Source of the DNA: Alphaproteobacteria bacterium
Lineage (GTDB): Bacteria; Pseudomonadota; Alphaproteobacteria; CAAHEQ01; UBA3637
Length of the DNA: 53,751 nucleotides
Assembly (NCBI GenBank): GCA_017453485.1
Contig: JAFTEW010000038.1
Coordinates: forward strand, 1 to 53,751
Direction: 5' to 3'
The notes below the pieces were generated by a model. That model was not told the origin of the DNA. It saw only the letters and a program-made list of their open reading frames with translations, and ran no database searches. Positions 1 through 10,963 of this stretch are shown one piece after another; positions within the stretch are counted from its first letter, which is position 1, and every line of letters starts with the position of its first letter. The position numbers were made by a program, and so were the translations under genes.

Positions 1-674
1 GGGCATATTTATGGTACCCGACGGTCTTTTTAACAGGAGCCTTATCAGATTATGCTCATTTTTTCGGGAAGATATGGTATCACTGTATCTCATTTGAAAT
101 TTCGGGTGTATTGGCCTTGTTGACGATTTATTTATTGGCTCGCCGGTATTCCCGGACGGCACCGTTATATTTGGCTTTTCGATTTTGGGCAGCGTTGACG
201 GGGGCTCTTTTGTTAGGGGCCTTTGATGCACGCTTTACTTTTATGAATCAAATGCGTGTGCCGGTGTTTGCTAATATGGACTATATAACTGCATTAATTT
301 CCATGCTTGTTTTCGCCGCTTATCCATTTGTTGTTTGTTATAAAAACAGATTGGCCGTTATCGGATTATTGGGGACTGTTATTCTTGGTGGAGTTGCCTG
401 CTTGATTCAAGTTCCGATATGGGGTATTTGTATGACGCTGTTTTTGTTGACGATTTTGGCCGCTTATTGCGCTGTCAATAATAATTTATATGCCTTTAAT
501 ATTGTTATCGGTATTATTTTTGTGCGATTGGTTCTGGCATATTTCCATCTGTTTGCGTCTTTGGCGGTTACAGGAGTCGGATTGATTTTGTTGGGCATTG
601 CGATTTTGATTGGGATTAAAGTATTTATCCGCTATCGAACAAACCTGATTAATTATTTGCAAAAGTTAAAATAA
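1..674 (+). CDS. Multi-pass membrane protein, 5'-truncated by window edge (DUF2157-like C-terminus)
   Basis: Frame is open from base 3 to TAA at 672-674; serial hydrophobic helices ending 'YFHLFASLAVTGVGLILLG'. Confidence 0.55.
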   Translation, partial: AYLWYPTVFLTGALSDYAHFFGKIWYHCISFEISGVLALLTIYLLARRYSRTAPLYLAFRFWAALTGALLLGAFDARFTFMNQMRVPVFANMDYITALISMLVFAAYPFVVCYKNRLAVIGLLGTVILGGVACLIQVPIWGICMTLFLLTILAAYCAVNNNLYAFNIVIGIIFVRLVLAYFHLFASLAVTGVGLILLGIAILIGIKVFIRYRTNLINYLQKLK

Positions 675-676
675 AC

Positions 677-1699
677 TTATCTTTCCAATACGCAGACAAG
701 TTCAATATGATTGGACCATTTGAACTGATCAACGGGTGTCACCTTATTTAAATGCCAACCGGCATCAATCAGGATTTTGCAATCTCTGGCCGCTGTTTTG
801 GGTGAGCAAGAAATCATCACGATTTTCGGAGTGTTTGTGTGTGCGATTTGTTCAACTTGCGCTTTGGCACCGGCCCGTGGCGGATCCAAAACAATCAAAT
901 CCGATTTTTCCATTTCTTCCGGCAATAGGGGAGAACGAAATAAATCCCGCTGAATGCCGTTTGCACCTAAAAGAAGAACGCTGTCTGAACAATCATAACC
1001 GATTACTTTAATTCCTTGCTGCATCATCGGGCGTGTAAATGTGCCGCTGCCACAAAATAAATCAATGGCTCGGTGAATGTTTTGGGTTTCTTCCATCATC
1101 AAGTCGGTCAGGATTTTTTCTCCTTCTGCCGACGGTTGTAAAAAAGCATCCGGCAGAAAGGGTAATTGTGTTTTTTGGGCAATTGGTTCCCCGTTGAACG
1201 TTAAACGAACAACCCGTTCATCGCCGGCCATTTGGGCCAGTTGCTCCAATTTTTGAAAAGTCGGTTGTTTTCCGTCATCGGATTTAATATGGATGTCCAA
1301 TCCCCATTCGGTTGACAGAATAAAAAATTCTCCCCGTCTGCCCAGTTGTTGACTCCATGTCTTTAAAGTTGGCAAAAAAGCAACAATATCCGGTTTTAAA
1401 ATGGGACAATCAACAATCTCAACAATCTGATGACTTTTAGCGGCATGATAGCCGACCAAACCGTTTCCGTATTCAAACGAGGCCCGCCGTCGGGTCTGCA
1501 AAGGCACTTCTCTGATTTCTTGTAATTGAACGGTTATGCCGTAATCTGTAAAGGCACGTTTAATAAATGTTTTCTTTTTTCGGCGATAGTCCTCATCGGT
1601 CAAATTCTGATAAAGGCAGCCGCCACATTTTCCAAAAACGGGGCAAGGTATTTTTATTGTCATAAGGGTCATTTTAGCAATTTTTTTATTGTTTGTCAT
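677..1699 (-). CDS. rlmD: 23S rRNA m5U methyltransferase, RlmD/TrmA family (no TRAM domain)
   Basis: CPVFGKCGGC Fe-S motif, FLQ, DLFCGSGTF SAM motif, LDPPRAG, ISC catalytic Cys, DQF..SNHIE; true start may be 1672 or 1663. Confidence 0.8.
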   Translation of the reverse strand: MTNNKKIAKMTLMTIKIPCPVFGKCGGCLYQNLTDEDYRRKKKTFIKRAFTDYGITVQLQEIREVPLQTRRRASFEYGNGLVGYHAAKSHQIVEIVDCPILKPDIVAFLPTLKTWSQQLGRRGEFFILSTEWGLDIHIKSDDGKQPTFQKLEQLAQMAGDERVVRLTFNGEPIAQKTQLPFLPDAFLQPSAEGEKILTDLMMEETQNIHRAIDLFCGSGTFTRPMMQQGIKVIGYDCSDSVLLLGANGIQRDLFRSPLLPEEMEKSDLIVLDPPRAGAKAQVEQIAHTNTPKIVMISCSPKTAARDCKILIDAGWHLNKVTPVDQFKWSNHIELVCVLER

Positions 1700-1763
1700 C
1701 TAAATAATTTGACTTTTTATAAAAAAACGGATAAATTATCCGAAATATAATGAAAGGATACAA

Positions 1764-3245
1764 ATGACAGATACGCAAAATTTGGGCCATGAACAACGGC
1801 AAATTCGGCTGGAAAAGTTGAATAAATTACAGGAACGGGGTATTAATGCCTATCCGCACGATTATAAACCGACGGCGACCAGTAAATCGTTGACCGAAAA
1901 ATATGCCGATTTGGCACCGGATACGCAGACAGAAGATGTCGTTCGCGTTGCCGGCCGTGTTCGGGCTGTTCGCAATTCCGGGATGTTTATGGATATTTAT
2001 GATTCAACCGGAAAGATTCAAATCTATACGTCCAAGGAAAACTCCCCCGCCGAAGTGTTGGATATGTTGGGCGCTGTTGATATCGGAGATGTCATCGGGA
2101 TAAAAGGGACGGTTCGGCGCACCAAGCGGGGAGAATTGTCTGTCAATACTCAGGAAATTACCATGCTGGCTAAGGCTCTGTTGCCGTTGCCGGAGAAATT
2201 CCATGGTTTGACCGATACAGATACCAAGTATCGTCACCGTGAAGTGGATATGATCGTGAATCCCGAAACGATTCAAACTCTGATTAAACGTAGCCAAATT
2301 TTTGAAACGATCCGCCAATTATTGCGGGCAAAGGGTTGCTTTGAAGTGGAAACGCCGATTTTACAGGTTATAAAAGGCGGAGCAGCGGCTAAGCCGTTTA
2401 TTACGCACCACAATACGTTGGATATGGATCTGTTCCTGCGTGTGGCACCCGAATTATTTTTAAAACGTTTGATTGTCGGTGGTATGCCGGGTGTTTTTGA
2501 ATTTGCCAAGGACTTCCGCAATGAAGGAATTGATACAACTCATAATCCGGAATTTACCTGTTTGGAAATGTATTTACCGTATACGGATTACAATGATATG
2601 GCCGATTTGTTTGAGGAAATTGTTCGGACAGCCTGCTTGGCGGTGAATGGTACTCTTCAAATTGAATATGACGGGAAATCATTTGATTTGGCCAAGCCTT
2701 TTGCTCGGGTGACGATGAATGATATGATCAAACAGTATGCCGGCGTTGATTTTCTGGCAATCGAATCGGATGAAGAAGCACGGCAGGCGGCTGATCGTTT
2801 GAATGTGGCTGTTGATGATACCGCCGATTGGGGACATTGTATGGCGGCTGTTTTTGAAGCAAAATGTGAAGAGCATCTGATTCAACCGACAATTGTCATG
2901 GACCATCCGCGTTCCATGAATCCGTTGTGTAAGACTCATCGTTCGGATTCGCGTTTGGTGGAGCAATTTGAACCCTATATCAACGGTAAAGAAATGGGGA
3001 ACGCTTACACTGAATTGACAAATCCGCTGGATCAACGGGAACGCTTTGAAGCACAAGTTGCGGCTCGTGAAGCCGGCGACGAAGAAGCCGATATGATGGA
3101 CGATGATTTTGTTGAGGCTCTGGAACACGGTTTACCGCCCACAGGGGGAATGGGGATTGGTATGGATAGGTTGGTTATGTTTTTAACGGGTAATACATCT
3201 ATACGCGATGTTATTGCCTTCCCCACCATGCGTAAAAAGTCATAA
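1764..3245 (+). CDS. lysS: Lysine--tRNA ligase, class II
   Basis: OB-fold N-terminus, EVETPIL, GGAAAKPFITHHN, FRNEGID..HNPEFT, GLPPTGGMGIGMDRL. Confidence 0.97.
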   Translation: MTDTQNLGHEQRQIRLEKLNKLQERGINAYPHDYKPTATSKSLTEKYADLAPDTQTEDVVRVAGRVRAVRNSGMFMDIYDSTGKIQIYTSKENSPAEVLDMLGAVDIGDVIGIKGTVRRTKRGELSVNTQEITMLAKALLPLPEKFHGLTDTDTKYRHREVDMIVNPETIQTLIKRSQIFETIRQLLRAKGCFEVETPILQVIKGGAAAKPFITHHNTLDMDLFLRVAPELFLKRLIVGGMPGVFEFAKDFRNEGIDTTHNPEFTCLEMYLPYTDYNDMADLFEEIVRTACLAVNGTLQIEYDGKSFDLAKPFARVTMNDMIKQYAGVDFLAIESDEEARQAADRLNVAVDDTADWGHCMAAVFEAKCEEHLIQPTIVMDHPRSMNPLCKTHRSDSRLVEQFEPYINGKEMGNAYTELTNPLDQRERFEAQVAAREAGDEEADMMDDDFVEALEHGLPPTGGMGIGMDRLVMFLTGNTSIRDVIAFPTMRKKS

Positions 3246-3256
3246 AGGAGAAAAAA

Positions 3257-3532
3257 ATGACAGAAGAAGTTAAAACAGAAGTAAAAAAAGAAAATCCGTT
3301 TAAAAAGTTTCTGACTTTGGAACCGGTTTTGATTAATAAAATCGGCAAAAAATTCAAACCGTTTGCCAAGTATATCTATTGGGCTTTGTCCATTATTTTG
3401 GGGTTGAGCTTCATTAAGGCTGTTGTCGATTTGTTTATCAGCGGTTTTTCCGCATTTTTGTTGGAAACAATTTTGATTGCGGTCTATTTTATTGTGGTTC
3501 GGATGTTTTCGGAATATCTGGCCAACAATTAA
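3257..3532 (+). CDS. Small two-TM membrane protein (DUF4282-like)
   Basis: SD AAGGAG upstream; FL...IYW...R..SE pattern with two hydrophobic helices. Confidence 0.55.
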   Translation: MTEEVKTEVKKENPFKKFLTLEPVLINKIGKKFKPFAKYIYWALSIILGLSFIKAVVDLFISGFSAFLLETILIAVYFIVVRMFSEYLANN

Positions 3533-3541
3533 ACCGGTTTC

Positions 3542-3618
3542 GTTCCCGTAGCTCAGATGGATAGAGCACAGGATTCCTAATCCTGGGGCCGTGGGTTCGA
3601 CTCCCGCCGGGAACGCCA
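3542..3618 (+). tRNA. tRNA-Arg (anticodon CCT)
   Basis: Acceptor stem GTTCCCG/CGGGAAC, D-arm TAGCTCAGATGGATAGAGC, anticodon arm CAGGA-TTCCTAA-TCCTG, GTTCGA T-loop, encoded CCA. Confidence 0.97.
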
Positions 3619-3627
3619 GGGAATGTT

Positions 3628-4044
3628 ATGAAGATACAGGCAACTTCTATTGCAATCGGGAATCGGGCATATTTGATTACGGGGCCGTCCGGTTTTGGTA
3701 AATCTTCGTTGGCGTTATCTCTGATACGAAACGGGGCGTATTTGATTTCTGATGATGTGACAATTGTTGACGATCAAGTGGCGTATGCTCCAAAAGATTA
3801 TCGAGGTTGGTTAGAAGTGCGCGGTGTCGGTTTGATTTCCGGTTTCCCTGTGTGTGCGAAGGCATTAATTGCCGGAATAATTGAATTGGTGCCTTCTAAA
3901 CCGGACAGAATCCCCTCTGATGAAAACAGGCAGATAGGCAATCAAAAATTTCCGTTGTTTCGTATTTGGAATCGGGATATGAACGGTGCAGATAAGGTAA
4001 TGGTCATTGACCGGATGATTCAAGGTAAATTAAGAAAGGAATAA
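3628..4044 (+). CDS. hprK: HPr kinase/phosphorylase, short alphaproteobacterial type
   Basis: Walker A GPSGFGKS, LISDD, LEVRGVGL; precedes EIIA and HPr. Confidence 0.88.
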   Translation: MKIQATSIAIGNRAYLITGPSGFGKSSLALSLIRNGAYLISDDVTIVDDQVAYAPKDYRGWLEVRGVGLISGFPVCAKALIAGIIELVPSKPDRIPSDENRQIGNQKFPLFRIWNRDMNGADKVMVIDRMIQGKLRKE

Positions 4045-4046
4045 AA

Positions 4047-4448
4047 ATGATCGGTATTGTTTTGGTGACGCATGGTCGGTTGGCTTATGAAATGTTGAAT
4101 GTGGCCCAACATGTGGTCGGTCCGCAGACCGGCGTTGAATGCGTCGGTATCAATCCGGACGATGACATGGAATTGAAACGCCATGAAATTCTGGAAAAGA
4201 CGGCTTCTGTTGATACGGGGGATGGTGTTATTGTTATTACGGATATGTTTGGCGGTACGCCTTCTAATTTGGCCATTTCCATTATGGAAGAGCGCAATAT
4301 TGAAGTCATTTCGGGTATGAATATCCCGATGCTGGTTAAATTGATGAGGGAAAGATCTGAAACAATTCCGGATGCTGTTGCAGCAGCTCAAGAGGCCGGT
4401 CGAAAATATATCAATGTTGCTTCTCATTTGTTGAAATTGGATAATTAA
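4047..4448 (+). CDS. PTS EIIA component, mannose/fructose family
   Basis: MIGIVLVTHG phospho-His motif, TDMFGGTPSN, SGMNIPML. Confidence 0.93.
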   Translation: MIGIVLVTHGRLAYEMLNVAQHVVGPQTGVECVGINPDDDMELKRHEILEKTASVDTGDGVIVITDMFGGTPSNLAISIMEERNIEVISGMNIPMLVKLMRERSETIPDAVAAAQEAGRKYINVASHLLKLDN

Positions 4449-4724
4449 ATGGAACAAAGTTGCACGATTAAAATCCAAAATTTAAAGGGGCTTCATGCCC
4501 GGGCAACAGCGGCATTTGTCAAAACGGCCGAGCAGTTTACCAGTGATATCACCGTTGAAAAAGATGGTGAAATGCCCGTTTCCGGTAAATCAATTATGGG
4601 ATTGTTGATGTTGGCGGTGCCCTTGGGTGAAGAAATTAAAATAACGGCGGTTGGTTCTGATGCCGATCAGGCTATACAGGCATTATGTGGGTTAATAAAC
4701 AATCGTTTCGGGGAAGGGGTTTAA
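4449..4724 (+). CDS. ptsH: Phosphocarrier protein HPr/NPr
   Basis: GLHARA (His15 motif) and GKSIMGLLML (Ser46 motif). Confidence 0.93.
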   Translation: MEQSCTIKIQNLKGLHARATAAFVKTAEQFTSDITVEKDGEMPVSGKSIMGLLMLAVPLGEEIKITAVGSDADQAIQALCGLINNRFGEGV

Positions 4725-4918
4725 TGGAACAACGGCTGACCGATATTGAAATTTGCCTGGCCGAACAGGAACGAATGCTGGATGATTTAAATACCGAAGT
4801 GTTGCGTCTGGCAAAATTAGTATCTGCTTTGGAAAAACAAGTTGAAATGTTGAAAGCGGAACGGACGGAAACATTGGTAAAACCCTTATCCGAAGAAACA
4901 CCCCCGCCGCATTATTGA
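4724..4918 (+). CDS. slyX: SlyX family protein
   Basis: MEQRLTDIEI.LA.QE...LN coiled coil and C-terminal ETPPPHY; ATG overlaps the HPr stop (TAATG). Confidence 0.9.
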   Translation: MEQRLTDIEICLAEQERMLDDLNTEVLRLAKLVSALEKQVEMLKAERTETLVKPLSEETPPPHY

Positions 4919-5697
4919 TTGGTAAAGGTGCTCCATGTCCATGGTGTTGGCATTAATTGCCATTGCTCGTCTAACGGAAAGTGAGTTTGAATGAAAAAAC
5001 GCGGCTTTGCCAAAAAGTAATGGTTATCAATTCTTTTGCCCCGGGTTAATATGGCTTTTCCGGGGATTGCTTTTTCCCGACGGCGCAAAAAAAGACTCAT
5101 TCCCTGAGCGGATGAGATATTTTGTGCCTCAAACAAATTGGGGTTAGCAATCATCCAATATGTATCCAACAAATACCATTTTTTATCAATTTGGACAGCG
5201 TTCCAAGATGCTTGATACCGTTGTAGCGAATTAGAATTTCCATGCCATAAATTAAGTAATGTTTTACCGGCTTGATAGGCAGAATCCTGGTATTGGGTCG
5301 TGTTAATGTTTTTGCCGGCATAACCTTTAATGGTTGCAACGGTTAATCCGGCGGCTTCCCCCATTGTTTGAAACAATCGGGCAAAATCCTGTGATGTGCC
5401 AATCCGTGTTTGAAACGGATTATTTGTGATTGGTTCAGGGGCTGTCCGATTTTGATGAGAATATTTAATCAATTCTTTATGCCGATATCCGTCCCGTTGC
5501 ATTTGATAAACAATCCAGGCCGCCAGAGCACGGGTTTTTAATTTCTCGTCGGTCAACCCATCGGTCAGATAATCCACCAATTCCTGCTCTGTTTCAAAAG
5601 TCGGGGCATTTTTGGCCCGGGCGTCCACCGGACCATATAACTGGCCTTTGGCCGCCAAAGTAATTAGACAACATCCGATGAATAACAACAAACGCAT
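4912..5697 (-). CDS. Secreted transglutaminase-like (KY/Cyk3-type) protein with degenerate catalytic triad
   Basis: Signal peptide; GTSQDFARLF...AGL, SWNAVQIDKKWYLLDTYW, YFL..P..FI.THFP.D..WQL. Confidence 0.75.
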   Translation of the reverse strand: MRLLLFIGCCLITLAAKGQLYGPVDARAKNAPTFETEQELVDYLTDGLTDEKLKTRALAAWIVYQMQRDGYRHKELIKYSHQNRTAPEPITNNPFQTRIGTSQDFARLFQTMGEAAGLTVATIKGYAGKNINTTQYQDSAYQAGKTLLNLWHGNSNSLQRYQASWNAVQIDKKWYLLDTYWMIANPNLFEAQNISSAQGMSLFLRRREKAIPGKAILTRGKRIDNHYFLAKPRFFIQTHFPLDEQWQLMPTPWTWSTFTNQ

Positions 5698-5799
5698 ATG
5701 TTTTATTTATCTCGGAAAAACGGAAAAGTCAATCTTTTAACTTGAAATCGGAAAAAAAGTATGATAAAACAAATCATCTTATTATGAAAGGAATACAAA

Positions 5800-6549
5800 A
5801 TGCGTCGTAAATTAATTGCCGGTAATTGGAAAATGAATTGTTTAAAGGCAGATGGGTTGGCTTTAGCCAAGGCTGTTTTTGATAAAACAAACGGGACATT
5901 GCCCTTTGATGTGTTGATTTGCCCGCCGATGAGTCTGTTAGGGCAGGTTGCCGCAATGCCGCATCAAATCGGGGTCGGGGCTCAGGATGTAGCCGTTGCT
6001 CCGAAAGCAAACGGTGCTTTTACCGGTGATGTTTCAGCCGAAATGGTAAAAGATTTAGGGGCCAGTCATACAATCGTCGGCCATTCCGAACGGCGTGCCA
6101 TGCACCATGAAACGGATGAAATTGTTCGGACCAAAGCAGAACGGGCAATCGGGGCTGGTTTAATACCGGTTATTTGTGTCGGTGAAACATTGGCTGAGCG
6201 TGAAGCCGGTCAGGCTATTGCTGTTGTGACCAAGCAAATTCGTGGTTCTGTGCCAGCATCGGCAACGGCCGAAAATTGTGTCATTGCGTATGAACCGGTT
6301 TGGGCGATCGGGACGGGAAAGGTGCCGACAACGGCGGATGTGGCCGAAATTCACGGTGCCGTTCGGGCGGAATTGGCCAAAGTTTTGGGCTCGGATATTG
6401 CCGATCAAATGCGTATTTTATACGGCGGTTCCGTTAAACCTGCCAACGCCAAAGAATTACTGTCTGTGTCCGATGTGGACGGGGCTTTAATCGGTGGTGC
6501 CAGTTTAAAAATTGAAGATTTTTGGGCGATTGCTGAAACGCAATTTTAA
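5800..6549 (+). CDS. tpiA: Triosephosphate isomerase
   Basis: AGNWKMN, VGHSERR, AYEPVWAIGTG, LYGGSVKP, DGALIGGASL. Confidence 0.98.
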   Translation: MRRKLIAGNWKMNCLKADGLALAKAVFDKTNGTLPFDVLICPPMSLLGQVAAMPHQIGVGAQDVAVAPKANGAFTGDVSAEMVKDLGASHTIVGHSERRAMHHETDEIVRTKAERAIGAGLIPVICVGETLAEREAGQAIAVVTKQIRGSVPASATAENCVIAYEPVWAIGTGKVPTTADVAEIHGAVRAELAKVLGSDIADQMRILYGGSVKPANAKELLSVSDVDGALIGGASLKIEDFWAIAETQF

Positions 6550-6564
6550 TGAAAGGAAAGAAAA

Positions 6565-6849
6565 ATGCAATCTGTTATATTAACAATTCACATTATGTTG
6601 GCGGTGGCCATTACGATTTTAGTTCTGTTGCAACGGTCCGAGGGCGGCGCTTTGGGCGGTCTTGGCGGTGGGCAAGGCGCCAATGGCTTATTCACGGGAC
6701 GTCAGGCTGGTAATATCTTGACCAAAATGACAAGTATTTTCTTCGGTTTTTTTATTGTGACCAGTTTAACTTTGGTTATCTTGGCTAAAAATGCAACGGC
6801 TGTTCCGGCAGAAACGATTATTCCGACGGCAACAACGGAACAACAATAA
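6565..6849 (+). CDS. secG: Preprotein translocase subunit SecG
   Basis: LVLLQRSEGG.LG.GG motif between two TM helices; follows tpiA. Confidence 0.95.
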   Translation: MQSVILTIHIMLAVAITILVLLQRSEGGALGGLGGGQGANGLFTGRQAGNILTKMTSIFFGFFIVTSLTLVILAKNATAVPAETIIPTATTEQQ

Positions 6850-6867
6850 CCAAGCAATGGGCCCTCT

Positions 6868-9630
<2,763 letters not shown>

Positions 9631-10395
9631 TTAGAAAGCAACCTTAAAGTTGACACCGACCGAGTAAGCATCAACATTATTCGGTTTTGTGTCCAACAGG
9701 TATTGACCCGTCAGGCCGACAGACATACAGTCGGAAAACACATAGTTCAATGTGGAATCCAAACCTAAGCCACTGGCGTGTTTGCGTTCACCGGTTGTTT
9801 TACGAATGGCATTTGTGGAAGCACTCCAATCATAAATGATACCGGCATCCAAATTGACTTTTTTGCTGAAAGCCGTATTCAAAGCGGCACGGCCTTCCCA
9901 GGTCGGGGCTTCTTCATACTTACCGACCGGTTTTTCCATAGTGGCTGTCACATACGGTAAGAATCTACCCATTTGATAACCGGCTTTGGCATAGGCGGAT
10001 AATGTTTTGTCGTGATGATCAACGCCACCTTGGTCATAATTGGCACCCAATTGGACTTTCCAATTTGTTTTGCAGCAATCCACCAGGTTATATTTCAAAC
10101 CGATACCCCAGGCCGGGTTGTCATAGCGGTCATGACCAGTCACGCCCTTGGCGTCAAACAACCAAGTATCGGCAATAGTACCGTTGACGGAAAAGTTCCG
10201 CGTAATCCCATAGGATAATGTTTCGGCCAATGTGGTGTCTTCACTTTTGCCATGTTCAAAATTGTTATAGGCAATGTTTGTTTCCGACAAAAAATCCCCT
10301 TTCATCGGGACATAGAACGGATTGGAAACATCCATAGCAAAAGCGGCAGAACTGGCCATCAAAGTAGCCGTTAAAACGAATAAAGATTTTTTCAT
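9631..10395 (-). CDS. Outer-membrane beta-barrel protein
   Basis: Sec signal peptide (MKKSLF...AAFA), alternating amphipathic strands, C-terminal BAM-type signature VGVNFKVAF. Confidence 0.8.
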   Translation of the reverse strand: MKKSLFVLTATLMASSAAFAMDVSNPFYVPMKGDFLSETNIAYNNFEHGKSEDTTLAETLSYGITRNFSVNGTIADTWLFDAKGVTGHDRYDNPAWGIGLKYNLVDCCKTNWKVQLGANYDQGGVDHHDKTLSAYAKAGYQMGRFLPYVTATMEKPVGKYEEAPTWEGRAALNTAFSKKVNLDAGIIYDWSASTNAIRKTTGERKHASGLGLDSTLNYVFSDCMSVGLTGQYLLDTKPNNVDAYSVGVNFKVAF

Positions 10396-10440
10396 ATAAA
10401 ATTCCTTTCATAATCTAATATCGGAACATCCGATAGAATC

Positions 10441-10469
10441 ACTTTATACCACCTTTTGTCTGTTTGCAA
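10441..10469 (-). promoter_or_regulatory. Putative sigma70 promoter of the OMP gene
   Basis: Minus strand TTGCAA (10469-10464), 17-nt spacer, TAAAGT (10446-10441). Confidence 0.5.
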
Positions 10470-10532
10470 CCTTTTTTTTAAAAAAATGTTTTTAAAAGGT
10501 ATTTGTCCTTTGTCTATTGGGAAAAAGAAATC

Positions 10533-10900
10533 TGTCACCCTTTAAAAGCATATAAAATCCACCTGTCATCCCTGCGTAGGCGAAGTTCCATAAAACATGT
10601 AAAATCAATATGTCATCCCTCGCTTGATGGGAGATCCATTAGGCATAATGTCTTCTTTCCCTATGGATGCCCGATCAGGTCGGGCATGACAGAGGGGGGA
10701 CGGGACGGTCTTACCACTCCATGTCATCCTGGGCCAAAGGCGACGCCGTTAGGCGGCCCCGAGTGTCAGCGAGCGAGTGACCAAAGGGAACAATCTGATT
10801 CAGCATCCATAAACACATAAGGCTTTATGTCATCCTTGCATAAGCTGGAATCCATAAACATGTAAATCCATGTGTTATCCTTGAAAAAATGAACAATCTA
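10533..10900. repeat. Cluster of REP/RPE-like palindromic repeats (TGTCATCC...ATCCA, 27-28 nt)
   Basis: Copies at 10564-10590, 10611-10638, 10664-10691 (inverted), 10722-10809 (with insert), 10828-10854, 10873-10900; partial copy at 10533. Confidence 0.85.
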
Positions 10901-10915
10901 TAAAATGAAATCATC

Positions 10916-10944
10916 AAAAAAATCCCGGGAGAAACCGGGATTTT
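10916..10944 (-). terminator. Rho-independent terminator of the 10964-12058 gene
   Basis: AAAATCCCGG-gagaaa-CCGGGATTTT stem with a U7 tract on the minus strand. Confidence 0.85.
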
Positions 10945-10963
10945 ATATAAGTCCATCGCACCA

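Noticed and set aside
3542-3628. tRNA as an integration site for an island
   Set aside because: No integrase, no duplicated tRNA 3' end seen, and flanking genes are core
10503-10820. 105-aa ORF on the + strand
   Set aside because: It is a translation of the palindromic repeats (recurrent CHP words), with a TTG start and no SD
10533-10900. Possible CRISPR array
   Set aside because: Repeats are degenerate in their cores and occur in both orientations, the spacers resemble one another, and there are no cas genes
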